Shown in pieces: positions 53,815-64,000 of a stretch of DNA of 64,000 nt. Where the stretch lies: NCBI GenBank assembly GCA_030704615.1, contig CM060733.1, positions 58,714,001-58,778,000 on the forward strand, read 5' to 3'. Numbering within the stretch: the stretch's first letter is position 1; each line of letters opens with the position of its first letter. The notes beneath the pieces are model-generated. The model was not told the origin of the DNA. It made no database searches and saw only the letters and a program-made list of their open reading frames with translations. The position numbers and the translations under genes were made by a program. Origin of the DNA: Takakia lepidozioides. Its lineage: Eukaryota > Plantae > Bryophyta.

Positions 53815-55405
53815 GCAGCGACCGACATCACTGGCGGTCGCATTTGTTTTTTATTTTTTGTAAATACAGTGAACGCGATGTAATAATGATCGTCTTTTGT
53901 TTCTTCATAAAATTACTGGTGGTCGTTTTAATTTCTATTTTTCGTGAAAATCCAGCAACCGCCAATAGTGGCGGTCGGTTGTTTTTTTAATTTTGAAAAA
54001 TGGATCGACCGCCATATTTTACAATTGTGTTTTTGGGATTTTTAAATGGAGCGACCGTGAAGGTGGCGGTCACTTTTACGAGGTATGCCCTGCACATGGA
54101 GCGAGGAGTGAGGCGGGGGGAGGGGAGCATATAAGCTCGGACTCATTCTCCCCTCACTTCCATTATAGGCAGTCGCTTGAAGTTTTTTTTTGTTTTCATA
54201 AATGCAGCGACCGCCATTTCGCCATTTCTGGCGGTCGCTGTAATGGTTATTTTTAAAAATGCAGCGACCGCCATTACTGGCAGTCGCTTATCTTTTTTTA
54301 TTTTTGGAAATGGGGTGACAGCCATTACTGGCGGTCGTTTTTTTTTTAAAAAATAGAGCGACCGCGAAGGTGACGGTCACTTCTACAAGGTCTACCCTGC
54401 GCGTGGAGCGAGGAATGAGGCCGGGGGAGGGGGATATAAGCTCCCAGTCATTCTTCCGTCACTTCCATTACTGGCAGTTTTTGTTTTTACAAAATGCAGC
54501 GACCGCCATTTCTGGCGGTCACTATAATGGTTATTTTTTAAATTGCAGCGACCGCCATTACTGGCGGTCGCTTTTATTTTTTTATTTTTGGAAATGGGGC
54601 GACCGCCATTACTAGCGGTCGTTTGTTCTTAAAAATAGAGCGACCGCAAAGGTGACGGTCACTTCTACGAGGTCTGTCATGCATGTGGAGCGAGGAATGA
54701 GGGGGGGGGAGGGGGAAAATACATGGCGGTCGCTTTTATTTTATTTATTTTGGAAATAAAGCGACCGCCATTACTGGCGGTCGTTTTTATTTTAATTATT
54801 TTGGAAATGAAGCGACCGCCATTACTGGCGGTCGTTTTTATTTTAATTATTTTGGAAATGAAGCGACCGCCATTAGGGGCGATCGCCGCTATTGTTGTTT
54901 TTTTATAATTGCAGCGACCGCCATTAGTGGCGGTCGCTTTTATTTAAATTTGGTTGGAAATGGAGCGACCGCCATTTGTGGCAGTCGCTTTCATTTTAAT
55001 TTTTTTGAAAATGAAGCGACTGCCATTACTGGCGGTCGCTTTTATTTTATTTTATTTTTAAATGAAGCGACCGCCATTACAAGCAATCGCTTCTCTGTTT
55101 TTTGGAGGAAAATCGAACAACCGCCATTACAGGCGGTCGCCGCAATTATTATTGTTTTTGGTAAATCCAGCGACCGCCACTACTGGCGGTCGCTTTTATT
55201 AAAATTTTGTTGGAAATAGAGCAACCGCCAATCGCGGTCGCTTTTATTTTTGTTGTTTTGAAAATGAAGCGACCACCATTACTGGCGATCGTTTCAATTC
55301 TTAATGTCTCTGTAAATGTAACGACCGCCTCTCTTGGCGGTCGTTTTTTTTTTTTTTTTTTTCTTCCGGAAAATGGAGCGACCGCCAAGTTGGCGATCGC
55401 TTCTA
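53815..55405. repeat. Right palindrome array of the hAT element, including ~290-bp duplicated units
   Basis: GCGACCGCCATTACTGGCGGTCG repeated. The G-rich block ...GGAGCGAGGAATGAGGGGG.. recurs at ~54095, ~54400, ~54685 and ~55425. Confidence 0.9.
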
Positions 55406-56464
55406 GAAGGTTCGCCCTGCACGTGGCCCGAGGAATGAGGGGGAGGGGGGGGGGGAGCATATAAGCCAAGGGAGGCTCATTCTCCCCTCACTTCCTCTCC
55501 ACACAACTTCTGTGTGTGTGACATTTCATTATTCCACGACACGTAGTCACCTAGAGAATGAGGCCATTGGTTGGGTGGGGGGTATTTTTTGCCGCGATTT
55601 CTATGAGGTCATTGCAGAATGCTCCCATAGGCCCTCCTCTGGCTTCCAGGATCATTTTATTCTACGAAATTAGCTTTTATGAACTATTTTGACACCTACT
55701 CAAACTCCTTTAGGGTGAAGGGTTTAGAGTTACATCTTATTAGTAAACCTCGTTAGTGTTGCTCCGATTATTGCAGAATGGCAGAGGGCCAGGACGATGA
55801 CCGTCAGGGAAGAGATGACCCCAATGAACATTGACCACCCCCTAAGAAAATCAAATGGTAAAGGCAAGATTTGAATTGGGAAGTATATGGTGACCCTAAC
55901 ATACTAGCAGAAGAGGGTTGGGAGGATGTTCCGGAAGAGTTCAGGTGGCCGATGGCGAGATGTAAAAAATTCGTGAAATGGTACCACATCAATCGATTGT
56001 GGCCTTTGGATAGGCATGACGTGCAAACCCGAAACAATTACGCAGAGTCCAGGTCTTGCACAAACTTGCATTTCCAGCATAGGACGAATGAGGTGCATTG
56101 CACATTGTGGGGTAAACCTCTCTTAAAGGGCCAATTCCCGTACCCTTGGCAGCCATGTTGTACGTGGAGGTCATACTCTTGCGTACAGTAAATTGGCAAA
56201 CTGCTAGTAGGAGGAACGCAAGGATGCTGTGGCCCACATGACATTGTGTCATCAATGGGTGGATCCGGTCCCTACTGATGCGCTTATAGGCCTCACAGTG
56301 CATGAGTTTGAAATCTCGAGAAAGAACAACACTTACCATCGTTTTGGGGTTCTTACCATGGTCATCTGGCACCCACACAGACGACCGGGTTCGTTTAAAG
56401 TACCCTTCTATTTTTTGTCTCTTTGCAACTATTCAATCAGAGCAGGTAAATCAGATTGGTAAGG

Positions 56465-57529
56465 GCACCACCTGGTGTAATGCTTAGTGGACTTGCAGAT
56501 CATGCATGTCGCCACAGAAGTCCTAGTTTCATGACGAATGCCAGCATTGATCTTACCTTGAGGCCCAGATTTGGCAGTGACTGTAGAGTTCCAGCCTACC
56601 TCGGCTTCGAAGGCTTGAAGTTCTCACTGTATTTCATCACGAAAAGATGACAACTCATGCACAATGGAAGGGACCAGATCTTCTGCAATACATTTCACCC
56701 CAAGGTCCCCATCTGTATGCTCTACACAGTTACCATCATTAGCCAGATGAGTGTGTTTTGTGTTGGGAACTTTAGACAGGCCTGCCTTGGCAGCTTTGAG
56801 ACATAACATTTCTTCAATCAATTCCACCATCTCATCTTCAGTGGTGTAAGTCTGTTTTTGCATAAACACTTTCTCAGCAGGGGGCAAGCCCTTTACAAAA
56901 CAATGTTTTAAAATAATAGGTCTCTCTGAGGCAATTAGAACGGACTTACAGATTGCAGTTCGCAAGTTAGTGTGGTATTTCCACACACTGTCGCCATAAT
57001 GAAATTTTAAGTCTGGTGTGGTGTAAGCTATGGATTTTTTTTCACGAAAGAGCTTGCGAGCCAATTCTCTGGCTTCTACCCAAGTAAGATCATTTTTGTC
57101 CTTAATATTGGACTCAAACAGTTGCCTGGCCTCTCCCTTGAGACAAATCCGAAAAGACTTTACTTGGAACCGTGGGGGAACTCCATTCATTTCAGTGCTG
57201 ATTTCAAAAAATTCCAAGAAGGACTCCAAATCCTCCTCTACGTTGTACTCAGGGTTTTGTTGTTTATGCATTCGCTCCCCATGATCAGTTTTCCGTGGAG
57301 TGGTATCCGGGACTTCAGTTTGTTTCAGCAACATCTTCATAAGCGGGGGGCAATTTGAAATCACCTCCATGGCTTCACACAGCTCGTCCAAATCAAATGT
57401 GGGTTGAGGCTTAGTCGCCGGATTCTTGTGATCTCCGGACAACTCTCCCCTTTCCGTATTATTTCTTTCATTAGTTGTTGTCTCTTCCCTCTCCTCCGCT
57501 GCACGTTTCTCCAACTCACTTAGTCCCAT
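56465..57529 (-). pseudogene. gag: Retrotransposon gag with a frameshifted CCHC knuckle
   Basis: From ATG 57529 (MGLSELEK): FLEFFE...FRICLKGEARQLFE...TWVEARELARKLF...FVKGLP. After the stop at 56624, another frame gives CMICKSTKHYTRWC (~56465-56510). Confidence 0.78.
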
Positions 57530-58709
57530 CGTCTCTTCTGCTTCTCTCTCTAGTATAGATCTTGTAAATACAGGCATGAGAAGAGGAGATACACGGCTAC
57601 CTGTCCGAAGGGGCACTGAGCTTCGAATCCCACCCACACATAGTGAGATGTGATAAAGCGATGCTTGTGCAGCAGGTACACTCCTTCCCCCAAGAAAGCC
57701 CACAGTTCCTCTTCACCCTTGAGCCAAAAAGTCACGCGCACGATGCTGCATACCACCTTTTCCTTCACCAGCAGCGTATGGGCAGGATATGTCTTTGTTG
57801 CGGCCTTGTAGAGACCTACTGTTTCACACTGAAAACACACCCCCGGAAAGATCAACACATCACTTGGACGAAAAGGGAACTCAGAGTCAGGAATACCAGT
57901 GATGAGCTCTTCCCAAGTGGGATCCCGGATAGGGGCTGGCAGAACTTGAGGCCTTAAATTAGCAAGTAGAATTGATGTACCTCCTTTAACTAGTTCCCAC
58001 AATCGTAGAGGGCTCGCTTGTCAGGAGGCAGGAAGCTCTCAAGCTCTACACCCAATTCTCGACTCACAGAGAATTGTGGAATGCCCAAGACAACCCAACT
58101 AAGTTTCTCACCACTCTCCAACTGCTCCTTGGCACTAGCAAGGGGAATTTGTAGAGTGACTTCCCTAAAATGAAGCTCGAGGAGAAGGCGTGCGGCGTAG
58201 GTTCCCTGAAGATACTTGCGAATGCGCTGGCTTTGCTCCCTCTACTCTGCTTTAGTGTGTATGGGCTTGCAAGCTTCTTTGCGTGCAGTTTCCTCAAAGG
58301 TTTTGGCCCAGAACTTTGGGGGCGTGTCCAGCGGGAGCTCAGGCCGTGGAATAGGTTCTCCCTCCGGATAATCGACAAACATCAGCTGCTCAGGTAACAG
58401 GTGCGTGCAAGCTCACAAATGTAGCGAGATTCCAACACCTGGGTCTGTCTCAAGCGCATGACATTGAATTGATCAAGCTCAAACCAACCACGCTCAGAAC
58501 TAGAAGCCATAATGCTCACTTGCGAAACTCTCAAAACACAGAAAAGCTCGAGCATGCAAACTATCTCTCTCTCTCTCTCTCTGTGCATGACATATAAGCC
58601 GCCATTTTGCCACTACTTCTCCCCTCAATCATGCAGGATCCCCCGTACACAATCTACTGCTCTCAGGTGTTTCGTACGAGCCAAATTCTCTGTTAACGAT
58701 TTTTAGTTA

Positions 58710-58725
58710 CCCCGCATCTCCACCA
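58710..58725 (-). promoter_or_regulatory. Primer-binding site complementary to the tRNA-Ala 3' end
   Basis: TGGTGGAGATGCGGGG directly after the LTR CA; complements ...CCCCGCATCTCCACCA. Confidence 0.8.
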
Positions 58726-59253
58726 TGATTCCGGCGCTATGGGTTTGTTCCCCTTCCTCTACCGGACTTAATCCTATCTGGGGAATGTAATCGATAGATG
58801 GGCCTGGCAGAGAAGACGGAATCTCACGAAGAGGACGCAACAGAGTCGGACTTCCAAAACGCATTCATCCACACACTCAAGCACACCGTTACACCAAGCA
58901 TACACTCGCGTAAGACCCGAAAGCCACCACCCTCATTGCCACGGCAGTCGAGCTTAAATAGTATTAGGTCGTAATCTAATCTTAGTGCCGCATGGCACTT
59001 ACATATAGGCCAGCCAGATGCCATAGAAAGAAGCCAGATCACCCAGATCCATCCTAACCTAATCCTAAACTAGCTGTTAGAATAAGACAATACCTAATAA
59101 AGTCATAAGCTGTTGCCAGCTCATCCTCATGCGCAAGGTGTAAGTTCATCCAGACTTCATCCTGGCTCCGTCCATCCTTAAATCATCCGGGGCGCATCCC
59201 TCCTCCGTTCATCCAAGTCAAAAAAGAAGGTGAGAAGGAATCCCAGCTCCACA
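58726..59253 (-). repeat. LTR (~528 bp), TGTGGAGC...GGAATCA
   Basis: Reverse complement of 63230-63744; PBS is adjacent. Confidence 0.88.
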
Positions 59254-59406
59254 AACCTTTGGCCAAGATAATGGTCTGCAAACAGAAAATATAATTCTTG
59301 TATTCTCTTAATGGAAAAGCAAGAGTCTTTAGATTTTACCATTGTTGTGCCGGTTTGGAGTGTGGATTTAATTAAATTGGCATTAAGTCCGGGTTCAGCT
59401 CTGAGG

Positions 59407-59653
59407 TTTTTTTTTTTTTTTAATAATTTTAAAGGGAAACACCAGGGAGTGACACCTCACAAATCAGGCCCCTTGATAGTGAGAGGAGAAAATAACCTCT
59501 TTCACAATAACCTCGCCATGAAGGCTGAGAAATGAGATACCGCCCAAGGGAAGGGGGAGAAGAGTATACCATACTCATCAAGTAGCAGGATTTGACCCCG
59601 GAATCATCTGGGTGGCAATTAGTGCACTGACCAACTGAGCTAGTGAATGTTGG
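59407..59653 (-). mobile_element. tRNA-derived SINE-like element
   Basis: Minus strand shows A-box TAGCTCAGTTGG, B-box-like GGGTCAAATCC ~40 nt later, a ~170-bp body, and an A15 tail (T-run 59407-59421). No clear TSD. Confidence 0.6.
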
Positions 59654-59799
59654 TGGTATTTGAAATTAGAAAAATTTGAGTCTGGTTCCGAGTCCGGGTA
59701 TTCAAGTTTGAATGTGAGAACTGATGCGAATCCGGTTATTTGCTGGAAAATATCAGCGGGGTTTGGGGTCCAGGCATTTGCCTCTCACTCCGGCTCCAC

Positions 59800-62700
59800 T
59801 GGCAATGGCACGCTTACTCCCGAACACGAGCAACATTTCCAGCAGGTCTTAAAGGATATCAAAGTGGGTGATCACCTTACTCCCCAGCAGATTAGTCGCC
59901 TGCACCTGTTTCTCCGTGACAATCTCGACATCTTTAGTAAAGGGCCATGACTTAGGCCGCACCACCCTTCTGGATCATGACATCATCAAGGATGATAAGC
60001 CTATCAAACAACATGCTTATAGGGAGAGTGTTCGTGAGCGCAAAGTCATTGATGAAGAGATTACCAAGATGCTTGATGCTGGTGTGATCACCCCCTCCAT
60101 ATCCCCTTGGGCCATTCCCATTGTCTTAGTGGATAAGAATGATGACTCCACCCGTTTTTGCGTAGACTTTCGGCATTTAAATGCCATCACAAAGAAAGAT
60201 GTCTACCCTTTGCCACACATTAACGAAACGCTAGATCAACATAATGGGGCCACATCTTCTCTTCATTGGATTTAGCCTCTGGCTTTTGGCAAGTTCCTTT
60301 AACTGCTGTTGCTAAGGAGAAAACTGCCTTCACCTGCAGGATGGGCCTCTTCCAATTTGAAACAATGTCTTTTGGCCTTTGCAACGCCACTGCTACATTT
60401 CAGCGCCTTATGGACATTGTTTTAAGAAACCTTCGTTGGGAGTGTGCTTTAGTTTACATGAATGACATCAACATTTATTCTACAACATTTGATGCTACAG
60501 CGGGTTGTGTGCAGACTTCGTGCAGCCGGGCTTAAAGTCAAAGCCAAGAAATGTGATTTTTGTATGGAACAGCTCCATTTCTTGGGCCATCTGCTTTCTG
60601 CTGCTGGCATTAGTCCTGACCCAACTAAGATCCAGGCTGTGTGGAACTATCCAACCCCTAGAGATGAAACATGTGTTAAGGCCTTCTTGGGCTTGGGTTC
60701 TTACTATGATCGCTTCATTTTTCAATTTGCCAATCTAGCTGCTCCACTCACTCGCTTTTTATCCAAGGATGCTCGTTTTGTGTGGGGTACTGCTGAAACA
60801 TACGCCTTTGAGAAGCTCAAAATTGCACTGACCTCTGCTTCTGTGCTTGCTTATCCTAATTTTACCTTGTCATTTATCTTGCAAACTGATGCCAATGATT
60901 TAGCTATCTCTGCAGTGTTGAGCCAGATTCAGGATGGTCAGGAGCATGCCATTGCCTACGCCTCCCGCCGCCTTGATAAACATGAGCGTAATTACTCTAT
61001 CACCAACAAGGAAGGCCTTGCAGTTATCTTTGGAGTCAAATATTTTAGGCAGTATTTACATGGTTGTCATTTTACCATTGAGACCGATCATTTACCTTTG
61101 AAAGCCTTGCTAACTCCTCGTGAACTCACTGGCAGATTAGCTCGGTGGGCTCTAATACTGCAAGGCTATGACTTCACCATATTTTACAAGCATGGGAAGG
61201 ATAATGTTAATGCAGATGCTTTGACTCGAGGCGAACCCAAAATCCCTGAACCTTACACTACCTTAAATGCCCTAGTCCCTCATACTGCACGCTCTACACC
61301 ACCTGTTGTGCTTGTTTCGGATCCCTTTGCCTTGTGTCATTTGCTAGACTATCCTTATGTTCCTCCAGATCTGCTTGATACTTGGGATCTACTTTAGTTT
61401 GATGTTGGTTGAATTTCCTTTGGTATTGGCATGAATTCTAGTTTGGCATACTGCAGTAGGGTCTGGTACTTTCCCTTACCTAGTTAGGACTATTCATCTT
61501 ATCTTGCGCCTGCCTTGGTTTGTATCCCGACCAAGGGACTGAGCTGCGCCCTACAGCTTGCTTGCCTCCTCATAGGCAGTCAACTGAAAATGAAGTCAGG
61601 GTCACGAAATGAAGAGAACGGGGGCTGTCACTTTCTTCTCGCCTGCACTAACCTGTTGTTGTGTGGCCATGAGTGATGTAGGCATGGATGATCCATTATA
61701 CGATGCTCTTCTCCATAGGTGCAAAATCGGCACCCACCTTAGTGGCATATCCAAGCTGCTCATGAGACAAGTCAACTATCACTTACCCAGCCACCGGGAA
61801 AGTGAAAGGAGATTGTTCAGAGTCACTGCTTTGGAAGGTACCTCTGCTGTGGAAGTCCCTTCTAGGTCCGTTGTCCCCGCTTTACTTGAATTGTACCATG
61901 CTTCTACTTATGCTGGCAATTTGGGGGTTGTTAAAACTGTCAAATGATTGTAGGAGCAGTATCACTGGAAAGGCTTAATTAAAGATGTCTCAGCTTTCAT
62001 TGCAAGATGTGTGCCCTGTCATGCTAAGATACCTTTACAGCCAATCCTGGTGACTGAACCATTTTCCAGTATTGGCTTAGATCTAGTTGGATCCACGTCC
62101 ATGGGCCATGTATACCTTGCGGTTGCTACGGACTACCTGACGAAATGGGTTGAGCTCCGACCTCTGGTTGCTAAAGATAGTGATGAGGTGGTGTAGTTCT
62201 TCTTTGATAAGGTGATACTTCGTCATGGTTGCCCTCTTGAAATCCTCACGGATCAAGGTACTGAGTTTCTGCAACCAACTTATGGAGATTGTCTTGTTTA
62301 ATCTCAACACTAAGCATGCCATTACTGCTCCCTACAATCCCCAATGCAATGGTTTGACAGAACGATTTAACAAAATTATATGCCAGATGCTCGAGAAGAA
62401 TGGAACACTAATTGATGAATGGGATATTGTTGTGCATATTCTGCTCTTTGCCTATAAGACTTCTATCCATGCCAGTACCAAAATCTCACATTTTGAACTT
62501 TTGTATGGTAGGAAATGTAGAACTCCTTTGCATATCTCCTGACTGCAGGTATCCGCCATTGAGCCTGAGAATTGGGAAGACTTTTTGCTTTCCATGGATG
62601 CTAGACGACGTAGTTGGTGTGAAACAACTAAATCTAATATTGTGTTTGCCCAAGCTGCTCAGGCCAAGAATTACAACAGACGTGTTGTGTATTCTGAATC

Positions 62701-62900
62701 ATTCAGGGTAGGCCAGTCTGTTTGTGTCAAGCTCTAGCCTGGTAAGCAGATATCTAAGGCCAAACGTCGGATTGATGGCCCTTACCTTATCTCTGATATT
62801 CTTCCTGGCAGACAGTATGTCTTGCTCCCCCAGCATGCTTCTACTCCTCACTTAGCTAGCTCCATTCATGTTTCATTGCTTGTTCCATGTACTCTTTACT
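59800..62900 (+). pseudogene. pol: Ty3/Gypsy pol fragment (RT, RNase H, integrase), decayed
   Basis: SPWAIPIVLV..RFCVDFRHLN, DLASGFWQV, FGLCNATATFQRLM, YMND (degenerate YxDD), QTDAND..AYASR..EGLAV..TDH (RNase H), GLDLVG..TDYLTKW..TDQG..NGLTERFNK (integrase). Confidence 0.92.
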
Positions 62901-63229
62901 TTTGATCTCACCTGTTTGAATGTTGAGAACCGTCAGGTGATCTTCACCCCCACAGTTCGGACAACTCGTGATTTGGCCCTGGCATCTTCTTCTTTAGAGT
63001 AGTTTTGAATTTCGTGACAGTTTTCTGCACCAATTGTAGCACTTGGGGTTTTTCCTATGGGATGTTTTGTCCTCCACCCAGCTTGCAGGGTGAGGTTTCT
63101 TCCCTAGGTTTTTTCATCCCTTGTGTGCCGGGTGTGTAGTTTATTTTGGCTAGGCTTCGTTTTTTTTCTTCCTGAGCTCATCACTCGCAGGAGCTCGCAG
63201 TTTCTAGTGGCCCCAGCAGACTTCACATA

Positions 63230-63744
63230 CGTGGAGCTGGGATTCATTCTCACCTTCCTTTTCAACTTGGATGAATGGAGGACGGATGCGCCCCGGATAA
63301 TTTAGGGATGGACGGAGCCATGATGAAGTCTAGATGAACTTACACTTTGCGCATGAGGATGAGTTGGCAACAGCTTATGACTTTATTAGGTGACTTTATT
63401 AGGATGGATCTAGGTGATCTGACTTCTTTCTGTGGCTATGCTGGAAGGGCATGTGGCTGGCTTATATGTAAGTGCCACACGGCACTAATATTAGATTACG
63501 ACCTAATACTATTTAAGCTCGACTGCCATGGCACTGAGGGTGGTGGCTTTTGGGTCTTACGCGAATGTACGCTTGGTGTAACGGTGTGCTTGAGTGTGTG
63601 GATGAATGTGTTTTGGAAGTCCGACTCTGTTGCGTCATCTTCATAAGATTCCGTCTTCTCTGCCAGGCCCATCTATAGACTACATTCCCCAGATAGGATT
63701 AAGTCCGGTAGAGGAAGGGGATCAAACCCATAGCGCCGGAATCA
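63230..63744 (+). repeat. Second LTR copy (probably solo), opposite orientation to 58726-59253
   Basis: Highly similar to the reverse complement of 58726-59253. No PPT or PBS is adjacent. GACTTCACA is duplicated at 63219-63227 and 63745-63753. Confidence 0.85.
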
Positions 63745-64000
63745 GACTTCACAGGTTCATATGTCATAAGTCAAATCTGATGGTTTCAGTGGCAAGCGTT
63801 TTCAAATAATCAAGTGTGAACAACCTTAGATAGTTTAGACAGTTTAGATTCCATAGTCCTCACCGAGCAAGCTTTGCCCGATCAATGCATGTACACAGTG
63901 GAACTAGTACCGATCTGACTTAAGGACCGTTCACACTTAGTGATACGGTCACTACTAGCTATGGCTGTTCATACATATGCTCCCATGACAGGTAAGTAGT

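Larger units (their letters stand above)
49670..55600 (+). mobile_element. hAT DNA transposon (BED finger + DUF659-type transposase) with long palindromic subterminal arrays; ends approximate
   Basis: Transposase pseudogene flanked on both sides by arrays of GCGACCGCC-N5-6-GGCGGTCGC. TIR and TSD are not resolved. Confidence 0.8.
55800..59253 (-). mobile_element. 5' part of a Ty3/Gypsy LTR retrotransposon (LTR, PBS, extra ORF, gag), truncated downstream
   Basis: TG..CA LTR at 59253-58726, immediately followed by a PBS, then a gag-like ORF and a zinc knuckle. No pol follows on this strand. Confidence 0.8.

Noticed and set aside
49775-55405. CRISPR array (palindromic repeats with spacers), also at 45050-46030
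   Set aside because: The context is eukaryotic with no cas genes. Repeats are degenerate, spacers are low-complexity A/T and resemble each other, and the arrays flank a transposase.
59580-59653. tRNA gene
   Set aside because: A and B boxes are present, but I could not fold a cloverleaf or acceptor stem. A SINE head fits better.
55800-63744. One complete LTR retrotransposon, or a DIRS-like element with inverted terminal repeats
   Set aside because: gag and pol are on opposite strands, there is no matching TSD, and a DDE integrase rather than a tyrosine recombinase is encoded.

Overview
Eukaryotic, transposon-rich land-plant DNA, probably from a non-seed plant (PLS/DYW PPRs, a Tcn1-like chromovirus, spliceosomal introns); this is an inference and I cannot name the species. 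Only one host gene looks intact: a ~23-exon full-size ABCG/PDR transporter on the minus strand (30602..19036). To its left are a PLS-PPR pseudogene interleaved with an unrecognised tandem-repeat protein pseudogene (1-4310), and a decayed chromoviral Ty3/Gypsy element (5386-15200, CAAAC target-site duplication). That element carries an intact extra ORF before its PPT. Its 3' LTR is interrupted by a 3.5-kb non-autonomous CACTA element (5898-9396, ATC TSD) whose cargo is a captured PPR-E-DYW RNA-editing gene fragment. To the right are EDS5/DTX46-like MATE pseudogene fragments, two unclassified repeat-array elements with orphan ORFs, and a hAT transposase pseudogene flanked by palindrome arrays. 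The window ends with the 5' half of a Gypsy element (tRNA-Ala PBS, extra upstream ORF, gag), a tRNA-derived SINE, a decayed pol, and a second LTR copy in the opposite orientation. All coordinates were read by eye; exon and remnant boundaries are approximate.
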